From Lama guanicoe (lineage: Eukaryota), in contig MU054738.1 of NCBI GenBank assembly GCA_013239625.1, positions 2,012,798 to 2,076,797 on the forward strand: 64,000 nt of DNA, in the 5' to 3' direction. Under the pieces are notes generated by a model. The model made no database searches and had not been told where the DNA came from. It saw nothing but the letters and a program-made list of their open reading frames with translations. Within the stretch, counting starts at the first letter, position 1; every line of letters begins with the position of its first letter. Positions 1 through 9,974 of the stretch are shown one piece after another. The translations under genes and the position numbers were made by a program.

Positions 1-779
1 TATTAAACTTTTCTATAAAGATGAGATGTTGTGATGGATACCTTCTAAGGGATCCTTCTGGATAAACTGACGTGACTTTGTTATCAGAAGTGATTTCCAC
101 TTAGGAGGATACACGCTTTGGCCTCATGACATGTCACATATGAATCACCATTCCACTTCCTGCAGGAAAAAAATGCCAAATTTCTTGTTTAGCTTAGAAG
201 AATATGAACTTTATTTACTGCTAAATCTTTAAGAACAAAAAGAGTTTTCTATCGCAAGTTTTATTGTCAAAGATAGCCATTCTCCTTTTCCTTCTATTTT
301 TTTATGCACTTTGTGTTCAAGGCTGACAGTTAATCAAGGGGCTGGATTGCCCCTAGGGTACCTGGAACCCCTGGCAAATACCTTTCTTGGGACCCCTGTC
401 TACATGAATAATTCGAGTCACCCCGAATCAAGAGGCCAGCACCATTCTGGTCACCCAGTCTCATATGCCCCTGGAAACAAATACCAACTTGCCTAGCAGG
501 AGAGAGACATCTGCCTGGCAGCCCTCCTAGAAATGGGGAGACCAGAATAATGCCACAAGTGCAAAGCTAAGAGCTGCTCTGGGTATCTGGTGGACCCCAT
601 GCCAGGGATAGACGGTAGGAGAGAAGGAAAGAGCCGCAGGGACTAGGAGCCTCCATGGATCTGGACCAGATTCAGGGAGCCCCTCTTAAACAGTGCTGCC
701 ACCCAGCAGTTTCCAGGCACCCAGAGTGGACTTACAACAACTTCCAAATGTTATATGAAAGTGATGTATTTGATGTCAT

Positions 780-1227
780 AAATGTACATAACACATGATG
801 TATCAATGAGAATATTTAAAATAGAAACTATAAGAGAAATCTACAGAAATATTATATAAAAGGAAACTATTACTTTATATCTGTCAGAAGAGATGGAATA
901 ACCAAAATATAAGGATCTTGAGACAAAATAATGATATATATCAACCTATGTATACTGATAATAAAAAATAACTTCTTTTGACCTGGTCACACAAATACAT
1001 GGACAAACTTCAAAAAGTATAATAATACATAAGATATTCTCTGACAACAGAACAATAAACTATAAGCTATCAAAAAGGAGTGGGAAGATAAAGGAAGGAC
1101 CAATTTAATTACTTATAGGGGTAAACTTTTATTATTAAAATATCTTGAGTAAAATAGAAGAGCAAAATAAAAATTACAGAATAATTTTAAAATATTGGTA
1201 ACAACACAGTTATATTAAAACCCCTAG
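780..1227 (+). mobile_element. Old LINE-1 (L1M-type) ORF2 fragment, end of the endonuclease region
   Basis: A-rich strand. 'atattctctgacaacagaacaataaactataag' (~1034-1066) resembles the L1 ORF2 motif ttctctgaccacaatggaataaaactagaa (SDHN..KLE). Heavily decayed. Confidence 0.55.
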
Positions 1228-2400
1228 AAGTCTCACTTCTAGTTATAGTTAAGATCCTACTGGAAAGAACTTTTTTTTTTTTTTCAAAGAACGGCTATAA
1301 GCCCTAGACATTATAGAAGGATAGCTACCTCATTAGGCATCCCACAGCATAGTTACACGAGTCATGGACAACTCTGGCAAGGCATACAAAAGTAAAGGAG
1401 AGAAATTGCATGTTGTGCATTCACAACTTTTTTTTCTCAGGTAAGTGGGCTAGTGAGGGCATTAGTGGAAAAATACGGTCATCCCTGATTGGGGTTCCTG
1501 AAGAATAAATCCCAGAAAACATGGGCATTCGAGAAAGAGTAATCCCTTGAGGGAAAGGGCTAGATGGCCGTCACCAAGTTTGACTGACCTAAATGTATGA
1601 ATGACTTCAGAATAATGGATGTCCACCAGCCAATCACCAGTCAGATCAGAGCTGCTATTGGAAAATCAGAGTTTACAGTTTAAGTCTCATTTATATAAAA
1701 TGATAAAACAAATGAAATAGCATTCATCACAGAAAAATATCAGAATCCAATGCCCTCATAACTTGTCATAATATCCAATATGTAATTCAAAACTATTTGA
1801 CAGCCAACACATCAGTAAAATGATATACAGAAAATAAAAATCAATGGTAACAACTCTGAGTGAACCATATATTGGAATTAACAAAACAGAACAACTACTA
1901 TAACCATTACTAAAGATGTTCAAGAACAAAAACAAGAAACCAGCCTTGTGATGAAGCAAAAGGTACGAAATATTTTCAGTTAAATAGAAATCATTTTTAA
2001 AAGACCAAATGGAAACTCTAGAAATGAAAAATAAAATGTTTGAAATAAAATATTCACTGGAGAGACTTAACAGCAGATTAAAGATAGCAGAGGTAAGAGT
2101 ACATGAATCTAAAGATAGATTAATAGAAATAGCTAATATGCAGAACAGAGAAAAAAGTGAGTCTGAGAGACCCATTATAGATAATACCAAAGCATCTAAC
2201 ATATAAATAATTGGAGTGCAAGCATAAGAAAAGATAGAATGGACCAAAAAAGTATATAAATATATTTGAAAAGACAATGGCCAAAGTTTCCTAATTTTGA
2301 TACACACATATATAAATTTAAGATACTTAGTGAACACCAAGCAGGAAAAGCATGTAAAGGACCACATGAAGACACATTATATTCTAACTAATCACAGTTC
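1228..2400 (+). mobile_element. Old LINE-1 5' region and ORF1 fragment (degenerate)
   Basis: ORF 2009-2206 (METLEMKNKMFEIKYSLERLNSRLKIAEVRVHESKDRLIEI) matches the L1 ORF1p coiled-coil pattern. It is followed by 'tctaacatataaataattggagt' (SNI.IIGV) and 'atatttgaaaagacaatggccaaagtttcctaatttt' (IFE..MA..FPNL). Confidence 0.85.
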
Positions 2401-3849
2401 AAAATACACAGCAAATGAGAAACTTGGAATTTGGTCAGATCGTTTTGAATTTCCTTCCAGAGGAAGTGGTCAGAACCCACAATTTGATCAACATCTCTCC
2501 TTAATTCTATCTTGGCCGATTTATCTGTTCTCTTTTCTGTCTTTCTTTTGATTTTTTTGTGTTGTTTTTTTGGTTCAGTGTTGGAATCAGAAAATGTAGA
2601 TGAGAACAAATGTAATTTTCTAAATTAGAAATTTTGCACATTGAGGTAAAAGCATAACAAAAAAATCACATTCAATTATAAAAAAAGGAAAAGATGGTTA
2701 TCACCAAGAGTCAGGTGAAACAGCCAAGTCCTTGCACAGCATTTTAAACACTCTCTTAAGCAGAAACGTTAGAGGTAGAGTGGTAGACCTAAGAAAAAGG
2801 TAAGCAGACCCACAGTTTTCACTCCATTTCCCAGGTCATTATCTCAAGCTTCTTGCAAATTAGACTTTAACATGTCTCTCTGTGATAGAAACCCAACTGT
2901 CTTTATTTAGCCAAGATAGAGGCAGCAAAAATTGATTTTTTTTACTATGGTATATTATTACAAATCACGTTCCATTATACTTTATGAAACCTGCTTTATA
3001 GAAACCTCTACCAGAAATTTAAATGTTTCTAGTCATATGTAAATTCCTTCTCTCAATATTATCCTCAGGGAAAAATAAATGCCAGTCACAATGACATCCA
3101 TAAAAAATGTCTCCTGCTCATTCGTATAAAAGATCAGCCCTTGGTAGCTTCCATCGTAGAGGCAAGTTCAAGTAGTTCACTTTGACAGGCTCTGCCAATT
3201 GTAGTGGTAACATTTTCCAGTTTATTTTATTTGTTTGTGCTTAATAGATGTCACTTTTATTTTTCATTTGTACCTGTGGTCTGACATTTCCTATGTGTTC
3301 ATTTCCAGAATTTCTGAACCATAAAGCAATTCATGAGCTGATCCCAATCAAGCTGCTGACCACAGCTGCCTATAATTAGTGATATTTCACGTCAGCTGGA
3401 TTCTACAAAAGCAAAACAAAAACAATTTTTTGTTGTTGAAATGCCTAGGTTGGTGTTAAATCAAGAAATTCTTAGGTTGGTATTAACCACTTCTGAAAAT
3501 TCATTTTTCGACAGGTTCTTGACTCCAAGCTCTCTGTGGCAACACCTTAGGCAAAATGTGATGTTAGTGAAGCCCGTTTTGTGTTGGTCCCTACTTCCTG
3601 ATTTTCTGTTTCTCTCATCTCGCGGTGCCTCCTGGCCTCACCTGCTCATCATCCCCAAACTCCCATTGTTCATGGATTCTAGCTCTGCCTCAGAAGGCTT
3701 AAAAATTTTTTATTGTAGACATCTTTCATATTTAATTGGAAATAATGAAGAAACTTTGTACAAATACATTGTGTGCAGTCTAACAGAGAGCAAAACCTTC
3801 AACCACCAATCCACCTCCAAATAGATAATCTCAGGTACCAGATTGACTG

Positions 3850-4341
3850 ACATCTCTTAATTCCTCTGATATCACAGTCTGGCAGTGCAGCTGAGCTGGG
3901 GGTTATCCTGCCACAGTTTTGTGGGTGCCCATCAAAGACGTAAGTTTCCTGAGTCAGATATGAAGGAAATTTTATTATTTACATTTTAAAACTGCAAATT
4001 GCAGTAGCAAGAGTATCATCTTTTTTTTTTTTTAACCAATTTCGCAAGCTCCAATTTCCACAGGGTACATGAGGAAGACTAGATGGCATCTACACACACA
4101 GTGGGTTGCACTGCAAGAAAGGAAACCAAATTTTTGTAACAGTAAAAGGAAAACATTATCATTGACTACTATGTTAGACAGTAAGCATGCCTGCCCATTG
4201 CTCCAGAGGGAGAGGCACTGCCTCTAGCTTCTGAGGTTTTGAGCTAAACATCTTGAAAAAAATCACCCAGAATTAAAGACAACTAGTGCTCAAAAAAATG
4301 GGTAGAAACAAGAGAGATCCATGGAGAATTATCTTCCAACA
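3850..4341 (-). mobile_element. ERVL solo LTR, LTR40-like
   Basis: The reverse complement starts tgttggaagataattctccatggatctctc. It contains ctccctctggagcaatgggcaggcatgcttactg, gcaacccactgtgtgtg and aaactgtggcaggataac, all matching the recalled LTR40 consensus. Confidence 0.8.
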
Positions 4342-5333
4342 AATACTTGGTAGTTTTTATTTTATAAAACCTTTTTTAACTTGTGACAAAATACCGTCAA
4401 AATAAATCTATAAAAATTTTGAACACAATCAGGTTTTAGGCTATTTTTTAAGTTATCAAAATGCATTGGGTTTGAGACAAGAGTAGTTTGCTTGGCATAC
4501 ATGATGGGATTGTTTCCAAATAAAGAAGTTCCAAAGTTGTCTTGTCAAGTCCATCAAAGAGTCAGTGACTTCAGCTAAACAGGGGAAAACAGAAATGTCT
4601 GCTGGTGAGTCAACCCAGTGAAAGTTAATGGGGAAGTCCCACGTCTAAGAGCTGCCATTGTTCTCAGAGGGAAGAGACCCCTCAAGTCACAGTAACGGGA
4701 GCTGGGGCCTGAGAGGCAGCAATACCAAACCCTAACTGGAATCAGGTATCCAATCTAAACTGGTCCTAAAATCATGGAACATACTTTTCTATAAAAATAA
4801 TTAATGTTTGGGGTTTCAACTTTCCAAAAGAACAGGAAGCATATTATATATTTTCAGTAGTACACTCACGATGAAAGGCCCAAGTTAAAGGCTTTTTGTA
4901 AGAAAATATTCGTTTAGTATTTGTTTATTTTCAGTGTTATCTCTAAATGCAAGAAAATTAGCTTGCAATAAACAGGATAAGAAGAGAATCAACTAAATGG
5001 GCAACTATAGAGCCTTATTTTTCGAATATCTGAAAAGTAGTTGAGTTTTCCTATTTTATATAGAAGTGTGTCTTTAAAATGTGGAGTCTAATTAGCAAGC
5101 AATAAAACTGTCTTGCCAAGTGGTTCTAAAGGTCTAGCTCATTAATAACATAAGAAGAATCAGCATCAAGCTAGAAGACACTGCTACTTTAAATGAATTA
5201 CACATGATCTTATAATTTGGGGGTTTACAGCTTTAATTGAATGTTTGCACCACATACAATGTCACAGTCTTTAAGATTTCACTGAGCAATTCCATCAGAA
5301 ACTTGACACATTATCTTGTCTTAACAAGGTTCA

Positions 5334-5366
5334 TGTGTGTGTATGTGTGTGTGTGTGTGTGTGTGT
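5334..5366. repeat. (TG)n microsatellite
   Basis: tgtgtgtgtatgtgtgtgtgtgtgtgtgtgtgt seen directly. Confidence 0.95.
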
Positions 5367-5861
5367 TCACCTAGATTTCCTTTTAAAAGAAAAAGATTAG
5401 GTTTTTAGACAGGCACAACAGAACATTATTTTCTGGTTTTAATTTTCTTACAGTGACATTAATTATTTTTTCCAAAGTTATTGAGCACCAGATATATATG
5501 AAATAGCATGTTTGTCACTGGCATACTAAGATAAATATGTCACAATCTTGCACTGGCAAAATTTACAAGCTAGTAATTGATTCAGATATGCAAACAATAT
5601 TTTCCCAAGAACAGCTTTTCCTAGCTTAATCTGCTTAATTCTGAAATACTTTTTCTTCAGATAATTTTAGTTTTTAGAGCTAAATGGGTCTTTAAAACTC
5701 ATTTGGTAGGATTCACATAATATGTTACATATACACATATCCAACACTATCAATCATAATTATCAATTATAGTATCAACTGACAAATATATATCAATATA
5801 TAATTGATCAAGTATGCATTAATTATATATATATATATAAATACACACACGTATATGTATT

Positions 5862-6425
5862 CAGCATCTCTTTGGGATACCTACATCTCTTGCACATCTG
5901 TCCAACAGGCTATAAATCAGAGGTTCTCATGACCTCCTCCCCCTTTCGATTCAATTAATTAGCTAAAGTAACTCACAGAACTCAGGGAAACATTTACTTA
6001 CATTTACCAGTTTATAATAAAAGGATATGATCAAGGACACAGATGAACAACCAGACGGAAGACAAGGTATGTGAGGTGGGGTGTGGAACTTCCATGTCCT
6101 GTCAGAGCTCACCACTCTCCCCACATCTCCAGGAGTTCACCAACACAGAAGCTCCCTAAATCCTAACCTTTTGGGTTTTATGGAGTCTTTATTACATAGT
6201 CATGATTGATTGAATCATCAGCCATTGCCAATTGATTGAAACTCAGCCCCTCACCCCTCCCCAGAGGTTGGGTGGGGAGGATACTGAAAGTTCCAACTGT
6301 CTAATCACAGGGTTGGTAACCCTGGCAATCAGCCAGCAAGCATCCTAAGGGCTTTCCAAAAGCCACCTCATTAACAATATACGATACCTTTATGACTCTT
6401 ATCACAGGAAATTACAAAGGTTCTC
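5862..6425 (-). mobile_element. ERVL-class LTR, MER21-like
   Basis: 'ctcacagaactcagggaaacatttacttacatttaccagtttataataaaaggata...gatgaacaaccaga' and 'cacctcattaac...tatcacaggaaattacaaagg' match the reverse complement of the recalled MER21 consensus. Confidence 0.75.
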
Positions 6426-6429
6426 ATGA

Positions 6430-7020
6430 AGCTTTTTACAGAGAATAACAAACCAGTTCTTAATTTTACATTGAAATGCAAAGAACATAAAACAGCTAAA
6501 TCAATTTTGAAAAAGAACAGAATTTGATCATGATTTCAAATTTTAATTTAAAACTATAGCAACAATATTGTACAGTATTGCTATCAAGATAGGTATCTAA
6601 ATCAAAAAACATTCTAAGGAAATCAGAAACATACCCATATATATAAGGTTCACTGATTTTCAACAAAGTCATCCACACCTTTGGGCACTGGGAAATGATA
6701 GTCTTTGTACCACACAGTCTCTGAATAACTAATGATCCACATAGTAAAAAAAAAAAAAAAAAAAAAAATTAACCTTGATCCTTAGCTTACCCCACACATG
6801 AAAATTAAATCACAATGGATTACAGACCTAAACATAAAAGCTAAAACTCCAAAATATTTAGACAAATAGCTAGGACAAGAGTCCTTCAGTCTTGGAGTAC
6901 GCGAAGATTTCTTAGCTACGTAACAAAAAGCAAAACCTTCAAAATAATTGATAACATGAACTGAATCTAAATTTTTAAAAATCTGCTCTTCTAAAGTACA
7001 TTTTAAAAAATGCAAGTAAA
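6430..7020 (+). mobile_element. LINE-1 (L1M) ORF2 C-terminal fragment with an internal poly(A) expansion (~6746-6768)
   Basis: Standard L1 ORF2 3' landmarks: 'acagctaaatcaattttgaaaaagaaca', 'cactgattttcaacaaag', 'aaaattaaatcacaatggattacagacctaaacataaaagctaaaact'. Confidence 0.85.
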
Positions 7021-7059
7021 GATGCCAATGTCCTGTGTATGCTGATATATTCTGCACTC

Positions 7060-7565
7060 ACTATTAGATTAACACAAAACAAGCATGGAATAAATAAAAT
7101 TACTGAAGCCAAAAGTCAATTCTATAAAAAGACCAATAAAATTGACAAATCTCCGGCAAGTCACGAGAGAGAAAGAAGAGGCAGAACAATAAAAAATTAT
7201 TAAGAAGTAAGAGGAGTTTAACTCAGATATCACATTAAAAACATCAGGGAAGAATTTTATGGACTTTCTTTTACTATACAGTTGAAAACCTAGATAAAAT
7301 GGAAACAGTCCTAAAATATATATAACTTCAAAAATTACTGATATTATGAAAGAGAAAACCTGAATAATTCCAGTCTTACACAAACTATCCTGGTGTAGAG
7401 GAAAAAAATAAAACACTCTCTGTACTATCTTTGAGTCTATAAAACCTTCAATATCAAAATCAGGTAAACACGTTTAAGAGAAAGAAAAGTTGCTTGCCAA
7501 TCTCACTCACAAACATAGATGAAAAATCCTAGACAACTGTACATTAGCAGCCGAATACAACAAAG
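7060..7565 (+). mobile_element. LINE-1 ORF2 fragment upstream of and entering the RT domain
   Basis: 'aagaccaataaaattgacaaatctc' (K.NKIDK) and 'ccaatctcactcacaaacatagatgaaaaa' = PISLTNIDEK (L1 PISLMNIDAK), then ttagcagccgaatacaacaa (LA.RIQQ). Confidence 0.85.
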
Positions 7566-7569
7566 TGGC

Positions 7570-8720
7570 CTCTTCTATTCCCTCGAAGTAAAATTGTTCT
7601 TTGACCTCCAGGACCTTGGTGCTTTCTTAATTTTCTAGGTTATCAACTTCCACTTGGCTTTGATTGTTTCTCTCCTTACCTTGGACCCTATAGCTAATCA
7701 TCTCTCTTACGGTATCACTAACACCGCCCATTTCATAGCTCCTTATATTTTCCAGCAAATCCATCTTACAAAATATTTCATCCAATGGTCCATTCTCTTC
7801 ACTCTTGATACCTATTATTAAAGAAAAAGGCACAGCTGTGCTTAAAATAGATGCATTATAAACATAATTTGTAACCTCATCTGCCCTTTTATTGCTATTT
7901 TCAGTCATTTTAATTAACTCCTTCCTCTCTCCTCAAAGAAATTTCATAATTTTTCTTAAGACTTCACACTTATCCGTATCAGTGCCTCTCCAGTTGGTCC
8001 CACCCATGAAACAAGCGGGCCTACCTCCTACTTCATAAAGACAAAGAACGTAAGGCATAAATTCTCTCATTTTCACTTCCCTATAAATTCAAACATATAG
8101 ATATTTTTATCCAACCCATTTTTCTTTCTCCCTAGGATCGTGAGTCATTCTTTTCATACTGGAACATTCTACGTATTGCCATGCTTCACTGGGACATTCA
8201 TTTCCATGGGATTCAGTGGGATATCCATTTTTATCAGCTTTCTACTTTCTTCACTGCCTGGCAATCACAGCAGATCTTAAAAAAAAATAATTAGACTTTG
8301 TAGTCTATATTTCAAATACTCTTGTCAATATCTCATATTATGTTGACACATCATTCATTCTTTTACTGCCCTATAAATTAAACCCATGGAACACAGCTAT
8401 TTGTCCTTGTCTTCTCCATACTTGCTTCAGTTTCCTGAGTATTTTCAATAAAATTAAGTAACCAGGATATACAAATATATATAATTTTAAATAAAATTAT
8501 AATTTTATTATCTTTTCCTCTGAAAAATATATTAACCTCTGACAAAGCTATCACACAGCTCTCTTTCAGATGACTAGATAAGAGGAAACTCCACATTGAT
8601 TTGAGACATCTGAGCCTTTCCTGACTACCAAACTCCCCTTTTTTCTTCACATACTGGTTCAATCCTTTCTTATCCCTCTGGATGGTGATATCTGTCTCAA
8701 TCTTGCTATGATTATACAAT
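7570..8720 (+). mobile_element. Probable highly decayed L2 LINE fragments
   Basis: Pyrimidine-rich texture typical of the L2 sense strand. No diagnostic motif is clearly preserved. Confidence 0.4.
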
Positions 8721-9328
8721 TTCTTCTAATAAACTTTGCAATTGCCAAGGGGGCAAAATCGTTATTATCAGAATTCAATTTCATGCCAGCTCCTCACTGT
8801 CTATGTCACATAGACAGGAGGATTCACCCTGCCCTTGGCCTTGTTAATGTGGTTTGTCCACATACCGTTTCATCATCTCCCAAATACAAAGATGTGAGAA
8901 TACCTCACCTCTCAATGTACTGATGAGAACTGGGGAATGTCAGAGACTTAACACCCAGATGGACGTAGTCATTAATGATTATACTTCTTATGAATGAATC
9001 CAGTCACTTTGGAAGCAAATTAGAAGGGGTTAACTCTCACTCGAGCCCTGGGCTAGCTCTGAGGATTATCTGATTGGTAAACAATATGCCCAAACCCTTT
9101 CTCTCCTACTCTCAGCAGGACCATGTGCACAAGAAGAACAGACTTCAGGAATGTGAGGGACACTTACACCACTCAGAGCTCCCCACAGTTGCCCAAGTAT
9201 CTTGAGACAGAATTTCACTTGTTCATCCATTATTCTTCAGTGCTAACTGTCCTTACCAACTGTGACTCCTAGGGTTTCTGAAGAAACTTGGCTTTGTTTA
9301 GTAACTCATGGCTATTAATAAGAAATTA

Positions 9329-9974
9329 TAGTGCATTCTTGTTATTCACTGTAGTCATGTCCTATAAAGTCCCCACAAGTACTGAATTAGCAAATATTCA
9401 GCCATCACTCCTAGAAGAGATACAGGGTTAGGTTCCTACAAGCTTCTGGTCACATTTTCATAAACCAATCAACACATAACCTTACTTTATATATTTCTGC
9501 TTAGAGACACTTTATTTAATATATCGTTGATTCATTGACATTGAACTCACAAACAACACTATAATTCACACCTGAATGAAGCTTATCAAATGCAAGTATT
9601 TTCTCCATAAGGCACATCACAGCCTTCTTGCACTTAGGAACATTAGACAGCACTTCAGCAATTAGCTTGGGAGCCAGTTTAACACCAAAATCACCAACAA
9701 AAGCACCAAAATGTGAAACCCATGGCACCAAATAGACAACAAAAAAGACGCTTTTTACAGTCTGAGAACTGAAACATGAAGGCAGAGCATTGCCTTGCTG
9801 GAATTATGAATCTGGCAACTCAAATTTTTCACCACTCTGTGCATGTTCACAATCAACCAAGAAAATGCTACAGTACTGATTTTGAGTTACAAATAAATTT
9901 TAGCACGTAGATGAATGCTCAAATATGAAACTTGTGAATCAAATATAATTCCCACAAATAATGAGGGTAGACTG
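9329..9974 (+). mobile_element. MER82 (TcMar-Tigger) non-autonomous DNA transposon, near full length
   Basis: Colinear with recalled MER82 throughout (tagtgcattcttgttattc...ctgaattagcaaata...ataaggcacatcacagccttcttgcacttaggaac...aataatgagggtagactg). Degenerate TIRs at both ends, with TA at 9327-9328. The minus-strand ORF 9516-9731 encodes a Tigger N-terminal HTH remnant (KAVMCLMEKI..FDKLHSG.NYS....FNVNESTIY). Confidence 0.9.

Noticed and set aside
1756-2367. Longest ORF in the track (203 aa, minus strand)
   Set aside because: It is the antisense of the A-rich L1 ORF1 remnant. The F/L/I/S-rich composition follows from the T-rich strand.
6746-6768. Long poly(A) runs (also ~26808-26823 and ~34604-34622) as retrogene tails
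   Set aside because: Two lie at A-rich positions inside L1 ORF2 and one adjoins a (CA)n tract. None has an upstream cDNA or a clear TSD.
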